A DNA stretch of 39,827 nt. Source: a virus. A model generated the notes under the pieces. That model had not been told where the DNA came from, ran no database searches, and worked only from the letters and a program-made list of their open reading frames with translations. The stretch lies in the UHGV virus genome UHGV-2125590; one strand, written 5' to 3'. Position numbers and translations under genes: made by a program. Of this stretch, positions 1-8,935 are shown one piece after another. How positions within the stretch are numbered: position 1 is the first letter of the stretch; each line of letters starts with the position of its first letter.

Positions 1-47
1 TTAACAGCTAACTCATAGCAAGTCATTCCTATTCAGATACTAATTTA

Positions 48-79
48 ACCCTCTGTTTTTACAGAGGGTTTTTGTTTTT
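48..79 (+). terminator. rho-independent terminator
   Basis: Inverted repeat ACCCTCTGT / ACAGAGGGT with TTTT loop, followed by TTTTTGTTTTT; read directly. Confidence 0.5.
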
Positions 80-192
80 ATGTATTCATTTCTATTCACT
101 CTACACCATATTTTTCGTCGGTACAGGTGACGGTATTACCTTAAAGGTATACTCTCATACCGTCATGAAAATGGTTTCTATACGGGTGAATT

Positions 193-1443
193 GTGCTTAC
201 CGATACAAAATTAAAAAACCTCAAGCCGCAGGACAAACTGTACAAGGTCTCCGATCGTGACGGGCTGTATGTAGCTGTGCTTACGTCAGGCACGGTCTCG
301 TTTCGCTATGACTACCGTATCAACGGTCGCCGCGAAACACTGGTAATCGGGCAGTATGGGCGTGACGGTATCAGCCTGGCAGAAGCGCGAGAAGAACTGA
401 TTGCTGCAAAGAAGCTGCTTAAAGCAGGCCAGTCACCGGCTGCGGCTAAACGTGACGGTATCAAAAAGATTCGTGGTGCCGAGACGTTTGCGGTACATAC
501 CGACAGTTATATGAAACACGTCATCCTGGCTGACAGTACCCGCGCAATGAAACAGGCGGTGATCGACCGTGACATACTTCCGGTTCTTGGCAATAAAATG
601 ATGGCTGAAATTACCACATCGATGGTTCGTGATTTGTGTGACCGGATTGTCGAACGCGGTGGCCGGGCAACAGCAGTGCAGGCCAGGGAGATCATCAGCA
701 GCGTATACCGTCACGCCAATGACCGTGGTCATGGTTTGTTTAATCCTGCGGCTGACATAAAACCTTCGTCTATCGCCATATTTAAACCACGAGAGCGAAC
801 ACTGACACCAGAAGAAATTGGCCTGTTCTTCCGCACGCTGGATGCCATTGGTGCTATGGGCACTATGAAAATGGCTTTAAAACTGGTGCTTATCACTATG
901 GTTCGTAAGGGCGAATTCACCAATGCAACGTGGGATGAAATAGATTTTAAAAAATGGACATGGACAATTCCTCCAGACCGCATGAAGGGAAGCCGGGCGC
1001 ACGTTATTTACCTGCCTAAACAGGCACAGGATATATTGGTCGGGTTGCAGATGTGCGCTGGTGGAAGTGAATATCTGGTTCCTGGTCGTTACAATTTCCG
1101 GAAGCCATTATCTAATGCCGCGCTGAACTCTCTGATCGACAGAACGGTGAAAATAATAAATGAAGATGGTGAGCATATTCAGGACTTCACTGTACATGAT
1201 ATGCGCCGTACAGCCAGTACGTTGTTGCATGAGGCTGGTTATCCTTCAGACTGGATTGAAAAGGCTCTGGCACATGAGCAGAAAGGTGTGCGCGCCGTAT
1301 ATAACAAAGCGGAATACGCCAGACAGCGCGCCTACATGTTGCAGCAGTGGGCCGATATGATTGATTCATGGATTGACGGGGAGCATACGGATCTGATTCC
1401 GTTCTCCCCGTCGAAGTTTGAGAAGTGGATGGCGGGGGAATAA
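193..1443 (+). CDS. int: tyrosine recombinase / phage integrase, P4/CP4-57-like with N-terminal arm-binding domain
   Basis: 416 aa; GTG start at 193 after in-frame stop; N-terminus LTDTKLKNLKP...DGLY typical of P4-family integrases; C-terminal HDMRRT...Y catalytic region. Confidence 0.9.
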   Translation: MLTDTKLKNLKPQDKLYKVSDRDGLYVAVLTSGTVSFRYDYRINGRRETLVIGQYGRDGISLAEAREELIAAKKLLKAGQSPAAAKRDGIKKIRGAETFAVHTDSYMKHVILADSTRAMKQAVIDRDILPVLGNKMMAEITTSMVRDLCDRIVERGGRATAVQAREIISSVYRHANDRGHGLFNPAADIKPSSIAIFKPRERTLTPEEIGLFFRTLDAIGAMGTMKMALKLVLITMVRKGEFTNATWDEIDFKKWTWTIPPDRMKGSRAHVIYLPKQAQDILVGLQMCAGGSEYLVPGRYNFRKPLSNAALNSLIDRTVKIINEDGEHIQDFTVHDMRRTASTLLHEAGYPSDWIEKALAHEQKGVRAVYNKAEYARQRAYMLQQWADMIDSWIDGEHTDLIPFSPSKFEKWMAGE

Positions 1444-1464
1444 CGTTTAATAGTTCTGCTGATT

Positions 1465-1641
1465 TTATTCCATCTCTGCTTCTGCTGCCAGTGATTCAAT
1501 TTTGTTTTCGAATATTGCTGACAGTGTTGCAAATTCAGCATCAGTGACAGCGGGAATTGGAACAAACCTGATCCCGCTGTGTGCAAGCATGTTTGCAGTT
1601 TCAAGGCATTTTCTTAAATCTGCTGGTGATGCCCTGTTCAT
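1465..1641 (-). CDS. hypothetical small protein, possibly translationally coupled to the methyltransferase
   Basis: ATG at 1641-1639 overlaps the methyltransferase TGA stop (ATGA overlap); 58 aa with acidic C-terminus; no recognised family. Confidence 0.25.
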   Translation of the reverse strand: MNRASPADLRKCLETANMLAHSGIRFVPIPAVTDAEFATLSAIFENKIESLAAEAEME

Positions 1642-2288
1642 GCAGCACGCTCCCGCCCCTGGATGTCTGTTGGTGACAGCGGAGCATTGCTGAATGCATT
1701 TGTTAATCCGCCAATATCCAACGCGTATCCAGGGTGTAGTTGCACTGCCGGGTCTTCGCACTGATTACCCCAAACATCGAAGCCATGAGACGTCTGGCGG
1801 GCGAACAGTTCAATGCGAGAAACATCGCCTAATAATTGCACAAGTTTTTCACGAACGATATCTGGCTTTCTTGAATGCTCAAGCCGCGGTGCGGTAAATG
1901 ACTGAACGATCCCTGCATTAATGCGCGTAGGTAGTTTTCCCTTTACCGCAAACAGGCAATCTTCACTATTGGCGCGAGTCATGTGTCCCATACCCATAAC
2001 CAGTTTATCTGGTTGTCGACTACCACATTTTATCCACGTGAAGCCCTTCATCGTCATCAGACGGAATCCCCAGGCTTCAACAACTTTTAGTGCTTCGAGT
2101 GGTTGTGTTGGCACCCACCACATGGCCAACAGACAGTTTTCATCGGCCAAATCCCACACAGGAAGGCGGCAGATATCCAGCACACTCATAACCGAATATT
2201 TAAAACCGGCACCGCGATTACCATCTGCGGCTTTGTCCCGGTATACCCAGGGTGGATCTGCATAGATTAGTGTGTATTTCTTAGTCAT
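1638..2288 (-). CDS. DNA N6-adenine methyltransferase, MT-A70 family
   Basis: DPPW motif near N-terminus (YTLIYADPPWVY), ...LFARQ...WGN end of domain; ATG at 2288 preferred over GTG at 2300. Confidence 0.8.
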   Translation of the reverse strand: MTKKYTLIYADPPWVYRDKAADGNRGAGFKYSVMSVLDICRLPVWDLADENCLLAMWWVPTQPLEALKVVEAWGFRLMTMKGFTWIKCGSRQPDKLVMGMGHMTRANSEDCLFAVKGKLPTRINAGIVQSFTAPRLEHSRKPDIVREKLVQLLGDVSRIELFARQTSHGFDVWGNQCEDPAVQLHPGYALDIGGLTNAFSNAPLSPTDIQGRERAA

Positions 2289-2532
2289 AAACCACCCCAC
2301 AACATCCTATGCCGCTATAGTCGCCACGGCGAAGGCCGTTACCTTTTGTGATACATTGGTCCCTGCGAACCGCGATCCTTGCACGTTCAACATCACCAGA
2401 AGCAACATCCATACACTGAAGCCAAAGGTGAGCGGCAATGCGGAATTGCCCTTTTTTCTCTCTTTCAATCGCGCGTTTTTCGATCTCTATCGCCGCAGGA
2501 GTAACGGCGACAATCTTTGACGGACTGCGCAT
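2281..2532 (-). CDS. hypothetical protein
   Basis: ORF overlapping methyltransferase start; start chosen at ATG 2532 with AAGG 6 nt upstream; no family recognised. Confidence 0.35.
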   Translation of the reverse strand: MRSPSKIVAVTPAAIEIEKRAIEREKKGQFRIAAHLWLQCMDVASGDVERARIAVRRDQCITKGNGLRRGDYSGIGCCGVVYD

Positions 2533-2688
2533 TGAAACCTTATTCATGTGATATTTTTCAAGTCGGCTTAACTTTCTCACTTAATCCAACCCTCTCTGAA
2601 AATTAATGCCAGCAGATAAAGCCATGCTGAAACAGAGGCCAGGAATAAGTACCATCCTGACCATTTCTCCAGTGCCTTAGCAGCGCAC

Positions 2689-2937
2689 TCATGCAGCGTT
2701 GCTCACGGGACGATATACACGTTGCTGAACAGGAGGCTTTTTACCCTGGAACTCTGCCGGGCTTGCTGCCTGACGTTCATCAAGCCAACGCTCAACTTCA
2801 TCACGGTTCCATGCGCAGCGTTTATCGGTGATATACCAGCGTTTAGGAAATTCCCCTGCGCGCTCCATACGGTCGATAGTGCTCCATGACAGTGGCACCA
2901 CCGCCAGGAGTTCTTTCTTACCTAATGCACCTTTCAT
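2689..2937 (-). CDS. AlpA-family transcriptional regulator / excisionase-like DNA-binding protein
   Basis: 82 aa; STIDRMERAGEFPKR...W motif typical of AlpA/phage Xis-like HTH proteins; AGAGAGG RBS. Confidence 0.7.
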   Translation of the reverse strand: MKGALGKKELLAVVPLSWSTIDRMERAGEFPKRWYITDKRCAWNRDEVERWLDERQAASPAEFQGKKPPVQQRVYRPVSNAA

Positions 2938-2986
2938 GAATACCTCTCTTGGTTGCAGTGCGGCGCACGTGGCGCCGCGGTGGTGG

Positions 2987-4009
2987 TTACTCGAATTCTG
3001 GACGCATATCGTTAAGCGTCATCATGAATTTTTGGTGATATTCATCACCGAGCTTTTCAGCCATGGTGTTAATTTCATTTTCAGCGCGCTTGAACATCGT
3101 TTTTGCATCTTCAGCAGATGGATCCAGGCTATTAAGTATCGCGATGATATATTCTCGAGCTTCTTCTCGTTCTGAATCTGAAATTGGCGACAGGTGTTGA
3201 CGCTCATCGTCAACTACGGAATATTCACCAGTGATAACAGCTGCGTTATCTTGGCTAAGTCCAGCTTCAGCGCGCTCATCCATAACAACAGCCTTCTGCA
3301 TTTCAATAGAAACAGGAAGATATTTGAACAGTCGGCGAATTACTGTTTTTTTAGCCATCTCATCGAAGTGATCAACCCATGGGCCACTGCTACCGGCTTT
3401 GCTCAGTGCACGAACTTTCTCAACGTCTGACCGGCTCATAACTTCAAATTGGACTCCGCCATCTTTCAGTCGTGCAACGGCGTAAACGTGCGTTAATTCT
3501 CCGCGGTCACCTGTTTCGCAAGGTAAATGCTCGAGCGTTTCTTCCAGGCCGTATGAGTAGCTGAATTTGTCGTTTGTATGTACGGTACGAGCCGAGATAC
3601 TCAGGATCTGCCCAGAGCGGCGGGCAAGGTCAATCATTCCGCGATAGCCGATAATCAGCTGTGCTTCTGTAGATACGGTTTCCCATCTTCCATTTACTTT
3701 CTGGCGTTTGTCGAACGGTATCAGGTAAGCGTGTCCAAGAGCTCCGCCTGGTTCAAGACCCAATTGGGCACATTGCATAATTGCCCCCAGGAAGCTGGCT
3801 TGGTCGCATGATGCAAGTTTTGGAACCTTTCTGATCTCTGTGGTTGCTATGCGCGCCAGACGGTCTGCTGTCATGTGCTTTGGAAGTGCCAAAGCCATCT
3901 GAGCTTTAATTTTTGGGTCTGCCAGAAGTCCGGCCAGAGTTGTTGGTTTCTCATTATGATGTGCAACTTGGTTACCGGTAGCCGCTGCCTTAAGTGCATT
4001 GATAGACAT
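2987..4009 (-). CDS. recT: RecT-family single-strand annealing recombinase
   Basis: 340 aa; RecT-like conserved core; GGAG RBS; sits downstream of exonuclease gene as in Rac/lambdoid recombination modules. Confidence 0.8.
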   Translation of the reverse strand: MSINALKAAATGNQVAHHNEKPTTLAGLLADPKIKAQMALALPKHMTADRLARIATTEIRKVPKLASCDQASFLGAIMQCAQLGLEPGGALGHAYLIPFDKRQKVNGRWETVSTEAQLIIGYRGMIDLARRSGQILSISARTVHTNDKFSYSYGLEETLEHLPCETGDRGELTHVYAVARLKDGGVQFEVMSRSDVEKVRALSKAGSSGPWVDHFDEMAKKTVIRRLFKYLPVSIEMQKAVVMDERAEAGLSQDNAAVITGEYSVVDDERQHLSPISDSEREEAREYIIAILNSLDPSAEDAKTMFKRAENEINTMAEKLGDEYHQKFMMTLNDMRPEFE

Positions 4010-4018
4010 TTTTTCTCC

Positions 4019-4918
4019 TTACTTCATTCTGAAGACGCGTTGTGTCGTTGTTGTTTTGAATTTTTCGAATAACTCAGGGTGTACTGACTGGAATAGCTTC
4101 TGGTCGAATCTGTTGCTGATCTGAGATTTCCATGTGCAGAGCGGCTTTCCGTCCAGGGTCAGGACTGAGTGCTCTTGCATGTACATCTTCAGCTTCTCTT
4201 CTGATATAGCTATTTCTTCTTCCAGTGATTTTCTGCGTGATTTCATGTCTCGTAGATCGTTGAATAGTGCGAGTGCCTTTCCGTCAGCCTCGATACTTGT
4301 CCCGGCATCTTTCTCAAACATCAGCGATACATCGCTTACGCTGGTAGCTTCCGGCGGGTTAAGATTTTTCACTCGGTCCCAGAAAGCGATTTCTTTTTCT
4401 AAGATCGCCTGGATAGTTTCTTCATCACGCTCAACCCGATAGATTCGGAAGTCGTCGCCACCGATAAGCACACCGAAAACGCATACCTGTTTGTTTGTAA
4501 CCATCAACCCGTGCATGGCCTGGGCCGTGTAATGCACAGGAATTGCATCTGTCTGGATTTCTCCCCATTCTTTGGCTTTGAACGGACTAACTGTTTTGAT
4601 CTCAATGTTCTCGCCTGACGCTGCTTCTGCATCGATCTCAGCTGCAATAAAATCGTAATCACGGTGGATATAGCGGTTTCCGCGATGAACGATTTCCATC
4701 CCTGTTTCCTCAGAAAGCAGGTCTATTACGTATGGCTCCATACGCTGGCCACGCGTGAAAACTTTCTGCTTGCTTGGGTCTACTGGTTTGACACGTGGCT
4801 GGACCTTATCCAGATAAACCTCAAGCGGGGTGCGCCATGGGCTAATTCCAAGAATCCCTGCAACATCGCTTCCTCCGATGTATTTTGTTCTATCCATGAT
4901 TCCAGCGTTCCGCATCAT
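4019..4918 (-). CDS. YqaJ-like recombination exonuclease
   Basis: 299 aa; N-terminal GGSDVAGILGISPW motif of YqaJ/lambda-Exo-like nucleases; start overlaps upstream stop. Confidence 0.7.
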   Translation of the reverse strand: MMRNAGIMDRTKYIGGSDVAGILGISPWRTPLEVYLDKVQPRVKPVDPSKQKVFTRGQRMEPYVIDLLSEETGMEIVHRGNRYIHRDYDFIAAEIDAEAASGENIEIKTVSPFKAKEWGEIQTDAIPVHYTAQAMHGLMVTNKQVCVFGVLIGGDDFRIYRVERDEETIQAILEKEIAFWDRVKNLNPPEATSVSDVSLMFEKDAGTSIEADGKALALFNDLRDMKSRRKSLEEEIAISEEKLKMYMQEHSVLTLDGKPLCTWKSQISNRFDQKLFQSVHPELFEKFKTTTTQRVFRMK

Positions 4919-5214
4919 GCCGCGTCCCTCTGCCCATCAAGCTGATCCGCCAGATCCCAGCGCGCTATAATTGCCATTGCCTCGCGCCGGTAGGCATCCA
5001 TCAGTTCTTCGAACTCAGGGCTGTCTTTAGCAGCCTCCAGCACTTCCTGACGAACGCCTTTGCCTGTTACAACGTCGAAAGTTGAGGACAGTTGATGAAG
5101 TCGGATGCTCTCAATCAGTTCAACTTGTCGGTCATATAGCTGTTCTGACAGGCGGTAGTCCTTGTCGAATGCCAGCATGATTTTTTGAAGATTTTTCTGC
5201 TGATTAACGTTCAT
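4915..5214 (-). CDS. hypothetical early protein
   Basis: Start moved to ATG 5214 (MNVNQQ...) because GGGAGGG RBS lies 6 nt upstream; no family recognised. Confidence 0.5.
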   Translation of the reverse strand: MNVNQQKNLQKIMLAFDKDYRLSEQLYDRQVELIESIRLHQLSSTFDVVTGKGVRQEVLEAAKDSPEFEELMDAYRREAMAIIARWDLADQLDGQRDAA

Positions 5215-5216
5215 TA

Positions 5217-5369
5217 TCAGCCCTCCCATATCTCATTATCGTTGGCTACATCGCGAGCTTCTTTGCTGACGAAAGCCCACTTAATGCCTTCCTGTAAGGT
5301 GCGGAACTTCCAACTCATGAATCCGCATGCAGTAACGCAGTACCAACCGTTGATGATTTTCCACTGCAT
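5217..5369 (-). CDS. hypothetical 50-aa protein, first gene of the leftward operon
   Basis: Hand translation MQWKIINGWYCVTACGFMSWKFRTLQEGIKWAFVSKEARDVANDNEIWEG; GAGGTAA RBS 6 nt upstream; below the ORF-track size cutoff. Confidence 0.3.
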   Translation of the reverse strand: MQWKIINGWYCVTACGFMSWKFRTLQEGIKWAFVSKEARDVANDNEIWEG

Positions 5370-5388
5370 AACTTGTTACCTCGGTCTG

Positions 5389-5465
5389 TTACCGTTGAGG
5401 TAATAATTATGCTTATTTGGTTTGGTGTCAATAGATATGAGTTAAAAAAATTACCCGTAAGGTAA
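5389..5465. promoter_or_regulatory. two copies of the 15-bp palindrome TTACC-N5-GGTAA in the leftward-operon promoter region (OL-like)
   Basis: Perfect sites at 5389-5403 and 5451-5465 between the repressor gene end and the leftward operon. Confidence 0.5.
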
Positions 5466-5473
5466 TCTATCTG

Positions 5474-5501
5474 GCAATAAAAAAGCCGCCATGAGGCGGC
5501 T
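5474..5501 (-). terminator. rho-independent terminator downstream of the repressor gene
   Basis: AGCCGCC / GGCGGCT stem with T-run on the minus strand. Confidence 0.5.
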
Positions 5502-5522
5502 TACTTACTGAAAAATATAGTT

Positions 5523-6107
5523 TTATTGTTTGCTTTTTTCGTTCTGGTTGATGACAAATTCAATGTAACTTTCGATCTTTGCTTTCTCGGTTTCGGGTAA
5601 CAATGCGTAGCGTGAGCGGTCATAGTTGATAGTCGCAGGGTCGTGCGGGTGAATCAGTAGTTCATATCCGTGACGCCCGAATGCGGATGCAACATTCTCC
5701 AGGGTGGAAATGGAAACGCTGACCTCATTGTTTAACAGGCGGCTGATTGTCACCTGGGCGACGCCGGATGCGCGGTGAAGTTTTCCCTGTGTTGAAAGGT
5801 CGCGGCTTTCGCTCATCCAGCGTTCCAGGTTGTGAGCCGCCAGCTGACCTATATCGCTCGGGCCGACAGGCTGAAAACCCTCCTGAGAAAGCGAACGATC
5901 AATATCAAGCCAGTTACGGGGTTTATTGGCGGCAGCTTCAATTTTTCGTGCAACCTGGTCGCCGATAACCTTCTTGCCAAGAGCCCAGCGGTTTACCAGA
6001 TTTGCCTGAGTTCCAAGTTTTTCTGCCATCCGCGTCTGAACACCATTGAATTCACGGTCGATCAAGTCGTTGAGATTTTGCCTGCGGACGTCCTGGATAC
6101 TTTTCAT
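5523..6107 (-). CDS. CI-like prophage repressor with two HTH regions and no S24 peptidase domain
   Basis: 194 aa; N-terminal HTH (QTRMAEKLGTQANLVNRW) and second XRE-like HTH (ASGVAQVTISRLLNNE); divergent from Cro-like gene; weak RBS, consistent with a PRM-like leaderless arrangement. Confidence 0.65.
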   Translation of the reverse strand: MKSIQDVRRQNLNDLIDREFNGVQTRMAEKLGTQANLVNRWALGKKVIGDQVARKIEAAANKPRNWLDIDRSLSQEGFQPVGPSDIGQLAAHNLERWMSESRDLSTQGKLHRASGVAQVTISRLLNNEVSVSISTLENVASAFGRHGYELLIHPHDPATINYDRSRYALLPETEKAKIESYIEFVINQNEKSKQ

Positions 6108-6162
6108 TTTCTGGAAAATCGCCTCATATATGAATCAGTAGATGATTCAATTTAAAGCAATA

Positions 6163-6225
6163 TTACCCAACAGGTAAATGCACCTCATAGGTAACTATCC
6201 TTGATTTTTGTTACCTTATGGGTGA
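6163..6225. promoter_or_regulatory. tripartite operator-like cluster (OR-like) between the divergent repressor and Cro-like genes
   Basis: Perfect TTACC-CAACA-GGTAA at 6163-6177; imperfect copies at 6180-6194 (GCACC...GGTAA) and 6211-6225 (TTACC...GGTGA). Confidence 0.55.
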
Positions 6226-6261
6226 ATATTTATTATCTGAAATAAATATCAGGCAATAGCT

Positions 6262-6492
6262 ATGAGCGATAACGGACATTTCGATTTCAAAAAGCACTGG
6301 CTTGCACTTACTCCGGATGAGCGTGAAGCCTTCGCACAGGAAGCCGGAACGACGAGTCACTATATCCAGACTCACTTAACAGGCAAGCGCAAAATGCCAG
6401 GTAAAGTATTGATGAATGGTCTTTTTAAAGCCTGTAAAACAAGACAATGGCTGCGCTCAAAAGCAGAACTGGCATACTTCTTCTACTCATGA
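6262..6492 (+). CDS. Cro/YdaS-like small HTH regulator
   Basis: 76 aa, divergent from the repressor; AFAQEAGTTSHYIQ HTH-like segment. Confidence 0.6.
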   Translation: MSDNGHFDFKKHWLALTPDEREAFAQEAGTTSHYIQTHLTGKRKMPGKVLMNGLFKACKTRQWLRSKAELAYFFYS

Positions 6493-6513
6493 TATCCAGC
6501 TACAACCCTCTGT

Positions 6514-6536
6514 AGACCGCCACCCGGCGGTCTTTT
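6514..6536 (+). terminator. putative terminator after the Cro-like gene (tR1-like)
   Basis: AGACCGCC / GGCGGTCT stem followed by TTTT. Confidence 0.4.
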
Positions 6537-6547
6537 CATATCTATTC

Positions 6548-6562
6548 GTACCTCAAAGGTAA
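6548..6562. promoter_or_regulatory. imperfect palindrome copy (GTACC-TCAAA-GGTAA)
   Basis: One mismatch in left arm; between Cro-like gene and next gene. Confidence 0.35.
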
Positions 6563-6640
6563 CAAAAAACCAAATCTGGTTGATCAAATTTTCCAATTGT
6601 GCAAAATAGCCAATATCAATAACAAAAAGGGGCGGAAAAA

Positions 6641-6853
6641 TTGAAGATAGTAACCAGAATGGAGGCCGCAAAAGCCGGGTTAAATCGCTATTTCACAGGA
6701 AAGCGGTGCCGTCACGGCCATCTCTCTGAAAGGTATGTTCTGAACGGAACATGTGTTGAATGTGCAATGAATAGCGCCAACCGCCATCGTAATGAATTTG
6801 CTTGTGCACTAAAGAGTGCAAGAGGGGAAACCTATGGCAAGCAGCTGGATTAA
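6641..6853 (+). CDS. hypothetical small protein with Cys/His cluster (putative zinc-binding)
   Basis: 70 aa from TTG 6641 (AAGGGG 8 nt upstream); CRHGH...CVEC motif; start uncertain (ATG at 6659 lacks an RBS). Confidence 0.4.
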   Translation: MKIVTRMEAAKAGLNRYFTGKRCRHGHLSERYVLNGTCVECAMNSANRHRNEFACALKSARGETYGKQLD

Positions 6854-7664
6854 GGTTGAAGTTATCACTCCTGATAAACCTGAAATTTTTCAGATAGCAG
6901 AAATTCTGGGTATTGATCCAGATGCTGTTCTTGGAAAGCTGGTTCGTATATGGGCATGGGCTGACCAGCAAACAATAGACGGTAACGCTGGCAGCGTTAC
7001 AAAAGGAGTACTTGATAGACTCGCTTTTATTACAGGATTTGCTGACGCCCTCATTAGCGTCGGATGGCTTGCTTATCATGACGGCAAACTAATTCTTCCA
7101 AACTTTGAGCGACACAATGGAGAATCATCGAAAAAACGTGCACTTACGAATAGAAGAGTGGCAGAGCATCGAAAACGAGTAACGCAAAAAGTAACGCCAA
7201 CAGCGTTACAAAAGGAGTTACCAGAGGAAGAGGAAGAGGAAGATATATATAAAACCCCACACATAGCGCACGTGCGCGAGGGTGCTCCGACCAGTGAAGC
7301 GAACGGTATGCCGTTGCAGGTGGCTGAACCTGAATTTCTGGATGGCCTGAGTGAACCCATCGGGAAATTTCCGATGACCGATGGCTGGCATCCGTCGCCG
7401 GATTTTCGACGGCGTGCTGCGCTGTGGGGAACGGCCCTGCCGGAACCGGAATTTACACCTGCTGAACTTGCTGCATTCCGGGATTACTGGATGGCTGAGG
7501 GCAAAGTGTTCACGCAGGTTCAGTGGGAACAAAAATTCGCCAGGCACGTAAATCATATCAGGGGAAAATCAAAAAACGCCGGGAAAAGCGATGAGCTTGA
7601 CTGGAATAACACTGACTGGATAGAAGGGGTGTGGGATGAAATCAACTCCAGAACTTCTCAATGA
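6834..7664 (+). CDS. replication initiator (lambda O position; DnaT-like C-terminal region)
   Basis: ATG 6834 with GAGGGG RBS; acidic linker EEEEEED; contains iteron-like palindromes; immediately upstream of the P-like gene. Confidence 0.6.
   Translation: MASSWIKVEVITPDKPEIFQIAEILGIDPDAVLGKLVRIWAWADQQTIDGNAGSVTKGVLDRLAFITGFADALISVGWLAYHDGKLILPNFERHNGESSKKRALTNRRVAEHRKRVTQKVTPTALQKELPEEEEEEDIYKTPHIAHVREGAPTSEANGMPLQVAEPEFLDGLSEPIGKFPMTDGWHPSPDFRRRAALWGTALPEPEFTPAELAAFRDYWMAEGKVFTQVQWEQKFARHVNHIRGKSKNAGKSDELDWNNTDWIEGVWDEINSRTSQ
6982..7255. repeat. putative replication origin: iteron-like 19-bp palindromes GTAACGC-N5-GCGTTAC plus AT-rich tract
   Basis: Palindromes at 6982-7000 and 7191-7209, extra half-site at 7179-7185, each followed by AAAAGGAGT; GATATATATAAAA at 7241-7253; lies inside the initiator gene as in lambda. 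Confidence 0.45.
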
Positions 7665-8412
7665 GTACGATCGCTTACGTGAGCATGGTGTTGCTGTGCA
7701 TGAAGAGCGGCGTGACAGCAATGGCAAAAAGGAGCAGGTTGCTAGAATTTTCAATGAACTATTTGTCCAGTTACAGGCTGCATTTCCTGCAAGCGTTTCG
7801 ACCATAAGGGAGCAGAACAAACTTAATGAATTCCGTAAGCAATGGATGCTTGCGTTTCTGGAGAATGGGATCACAACAATGGAACAGGTTAACGCTGGTA
7901 TGCGCCACGCCCGCGCCAGTGAATCTCCGTTCTGGCCGTCGCCAGGGCAATTTATCAAGTGGTGTAAAGACAGCAAGATGGTTCTTGGCGTCACCATTGA
8001 CGATGTGATGGCGGAGTTTCACCGGTACAGCAAGGAAAAAAGTTTATATCCTGGTGGTCCCGAAAGATTCCCGTGGCGGCATCCGGTTATGTACTGGGTC
8101 GTATGTGATACCCGCCGTGCAATGTATCAGCGCCAGCTTAGCGAGATTGAGGTTGAGAAACACGCGCGCAGGTTGCTCGATGATTGGGCGAAAAAGGTGG
8201 CTTCCGGACAGCAGATACCCGATCCGGTGATCAGCATACAGGCAAAGCCAGAACCCATGAGTACGCCTCCGGACACAGGGAGAGACGTTTACCACCCGCC
8301 AGGGCGAAGTTTCGGGTGCATGCCTAACGCCGCCACCCTGGGGGGAATAACACCGGCGCAGTGGCTGATGGAGGAATACAGGCGGGGAAAGGCGGCAGGA
8401 TTTATCAAGTAA
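7636..8412 (+). CDS. lambda P-like replication protein (DnaB helicase loader)
   Basis: 258 aa; long collinear match to lambda P as recalled (FPAS...NE...RKQW.LAF.ENGITTMEQVNAGMR...PSPGQF..WC). Confidence 0.85.
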   Translation: MKSTPELLNEYDRLREHGVAVHEERRDSNGKKEQVARIFNELFVQLQAAFPASVSTIREQNKLNEFRKQWMLAFLENGITTMEQVNAGMRHARASESPFWPSPGQFIKWCKDSKMVLGVTIDDVMAEFHRYSKEKSLYPGGPERFPWRHPVMYWVVCDTRRAMYQRQLSEIEVEKHARRLLDDWAKKVASGQQIPDPVISIQAKPEPMSTPPDTGRDVYHPPGRSFGCMPNAATLGGITPAQWLMEEYRRGKAAGFIK

Positions 8413-8449
8413 TACCAGCGCGATAGCGCATTTTTTTACGCCTCGATGA

Positions 8450-8526
8450 TTACCTGATGGGTAATAAAATATTCTAAAATCTATTGATTTTGTGTCTTAT
8501 GTGGTTTTTAATTACCTCAGAGGTAA
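8450..8526. promoter_or_regulatory. two perfect TTACC-N5-GGTAA palindromes upstream of the DUF1064 gene
   Basis: Sites at 8450-8464 and 8512-8526; the second ends 3 nt before ATG 8530; TATGTGGTT motif at 8498-8506 between them. Confidence 0.5.
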
Positions 8527-8529
8527 ATC

Positions 8530-8874
8530 ATGAGAAAACAGATACAGGCTCTTGGTCGACTCAAAACAGGCCAGATGAACAAAACAGAATCTGCGTATTG
8601 CCAGCACCTTGAGCAGCGTAAACGTGCAGGGGAAATCGCCTGGTATCGATTCGAGGGTATCAAGCTGCGGTTAGCTGACAACACGTTCTATACGCCCGAT
8701 TTTGCTGTGATGCTCGCCACCGGCGAGATGGAACTGCACGAAGTGAAAGGTTTCTGGACCGACGACGCCAGAGTGAAAACAAAAGTCGCCGCAGATCAGT
8801 ATCCGTTCCGAATAATCGGGGTAACGGTTAAACCAAAGAAAGCAGGTGGCGGCTGGAACATCGAAGAGTTCTGA
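8530..8874 (+). CDS. DUF1064-family phage protein
   Basis: 114 aa; YRFEGIKLRL...YTPDF...HEVKG pattern recalled from DUF1064 prophage proteins. Confidence 0.55.
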   Translation: MRKQIQALGRLKTGQMNKTESAYCQHLEQRKRAGEIAWYRFEGIKLRLADNTFYTPDFAVMLATGEMELHEVKGFWTDDARVKTKVAADQYPFRIIGVTVKPKKAGGGWNIEEF

Positions 8875-8935
8875 ATCGACGATCTTTTTAGTTATCAATG
8901 TAATCAATAAGTTATGTGGATAAGCGAGGGTAAAG

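Noticed and set aside
72-260. 62-aa ORF upstream of and overlapping the left integrase start
   Set aside because: Overlaps the terminator, a palindrome copy and the integrase start region; no RBS and no protein-like composition.
1638-1761. Possible frameshift fusing the methyltransferase to the downstream overlapping ORF
   Set aside because: The MT-A70 domain appears complete before the stop; the downstream ORF is better explained as a separate, ATGA-coupled small gene, itself low confidence.
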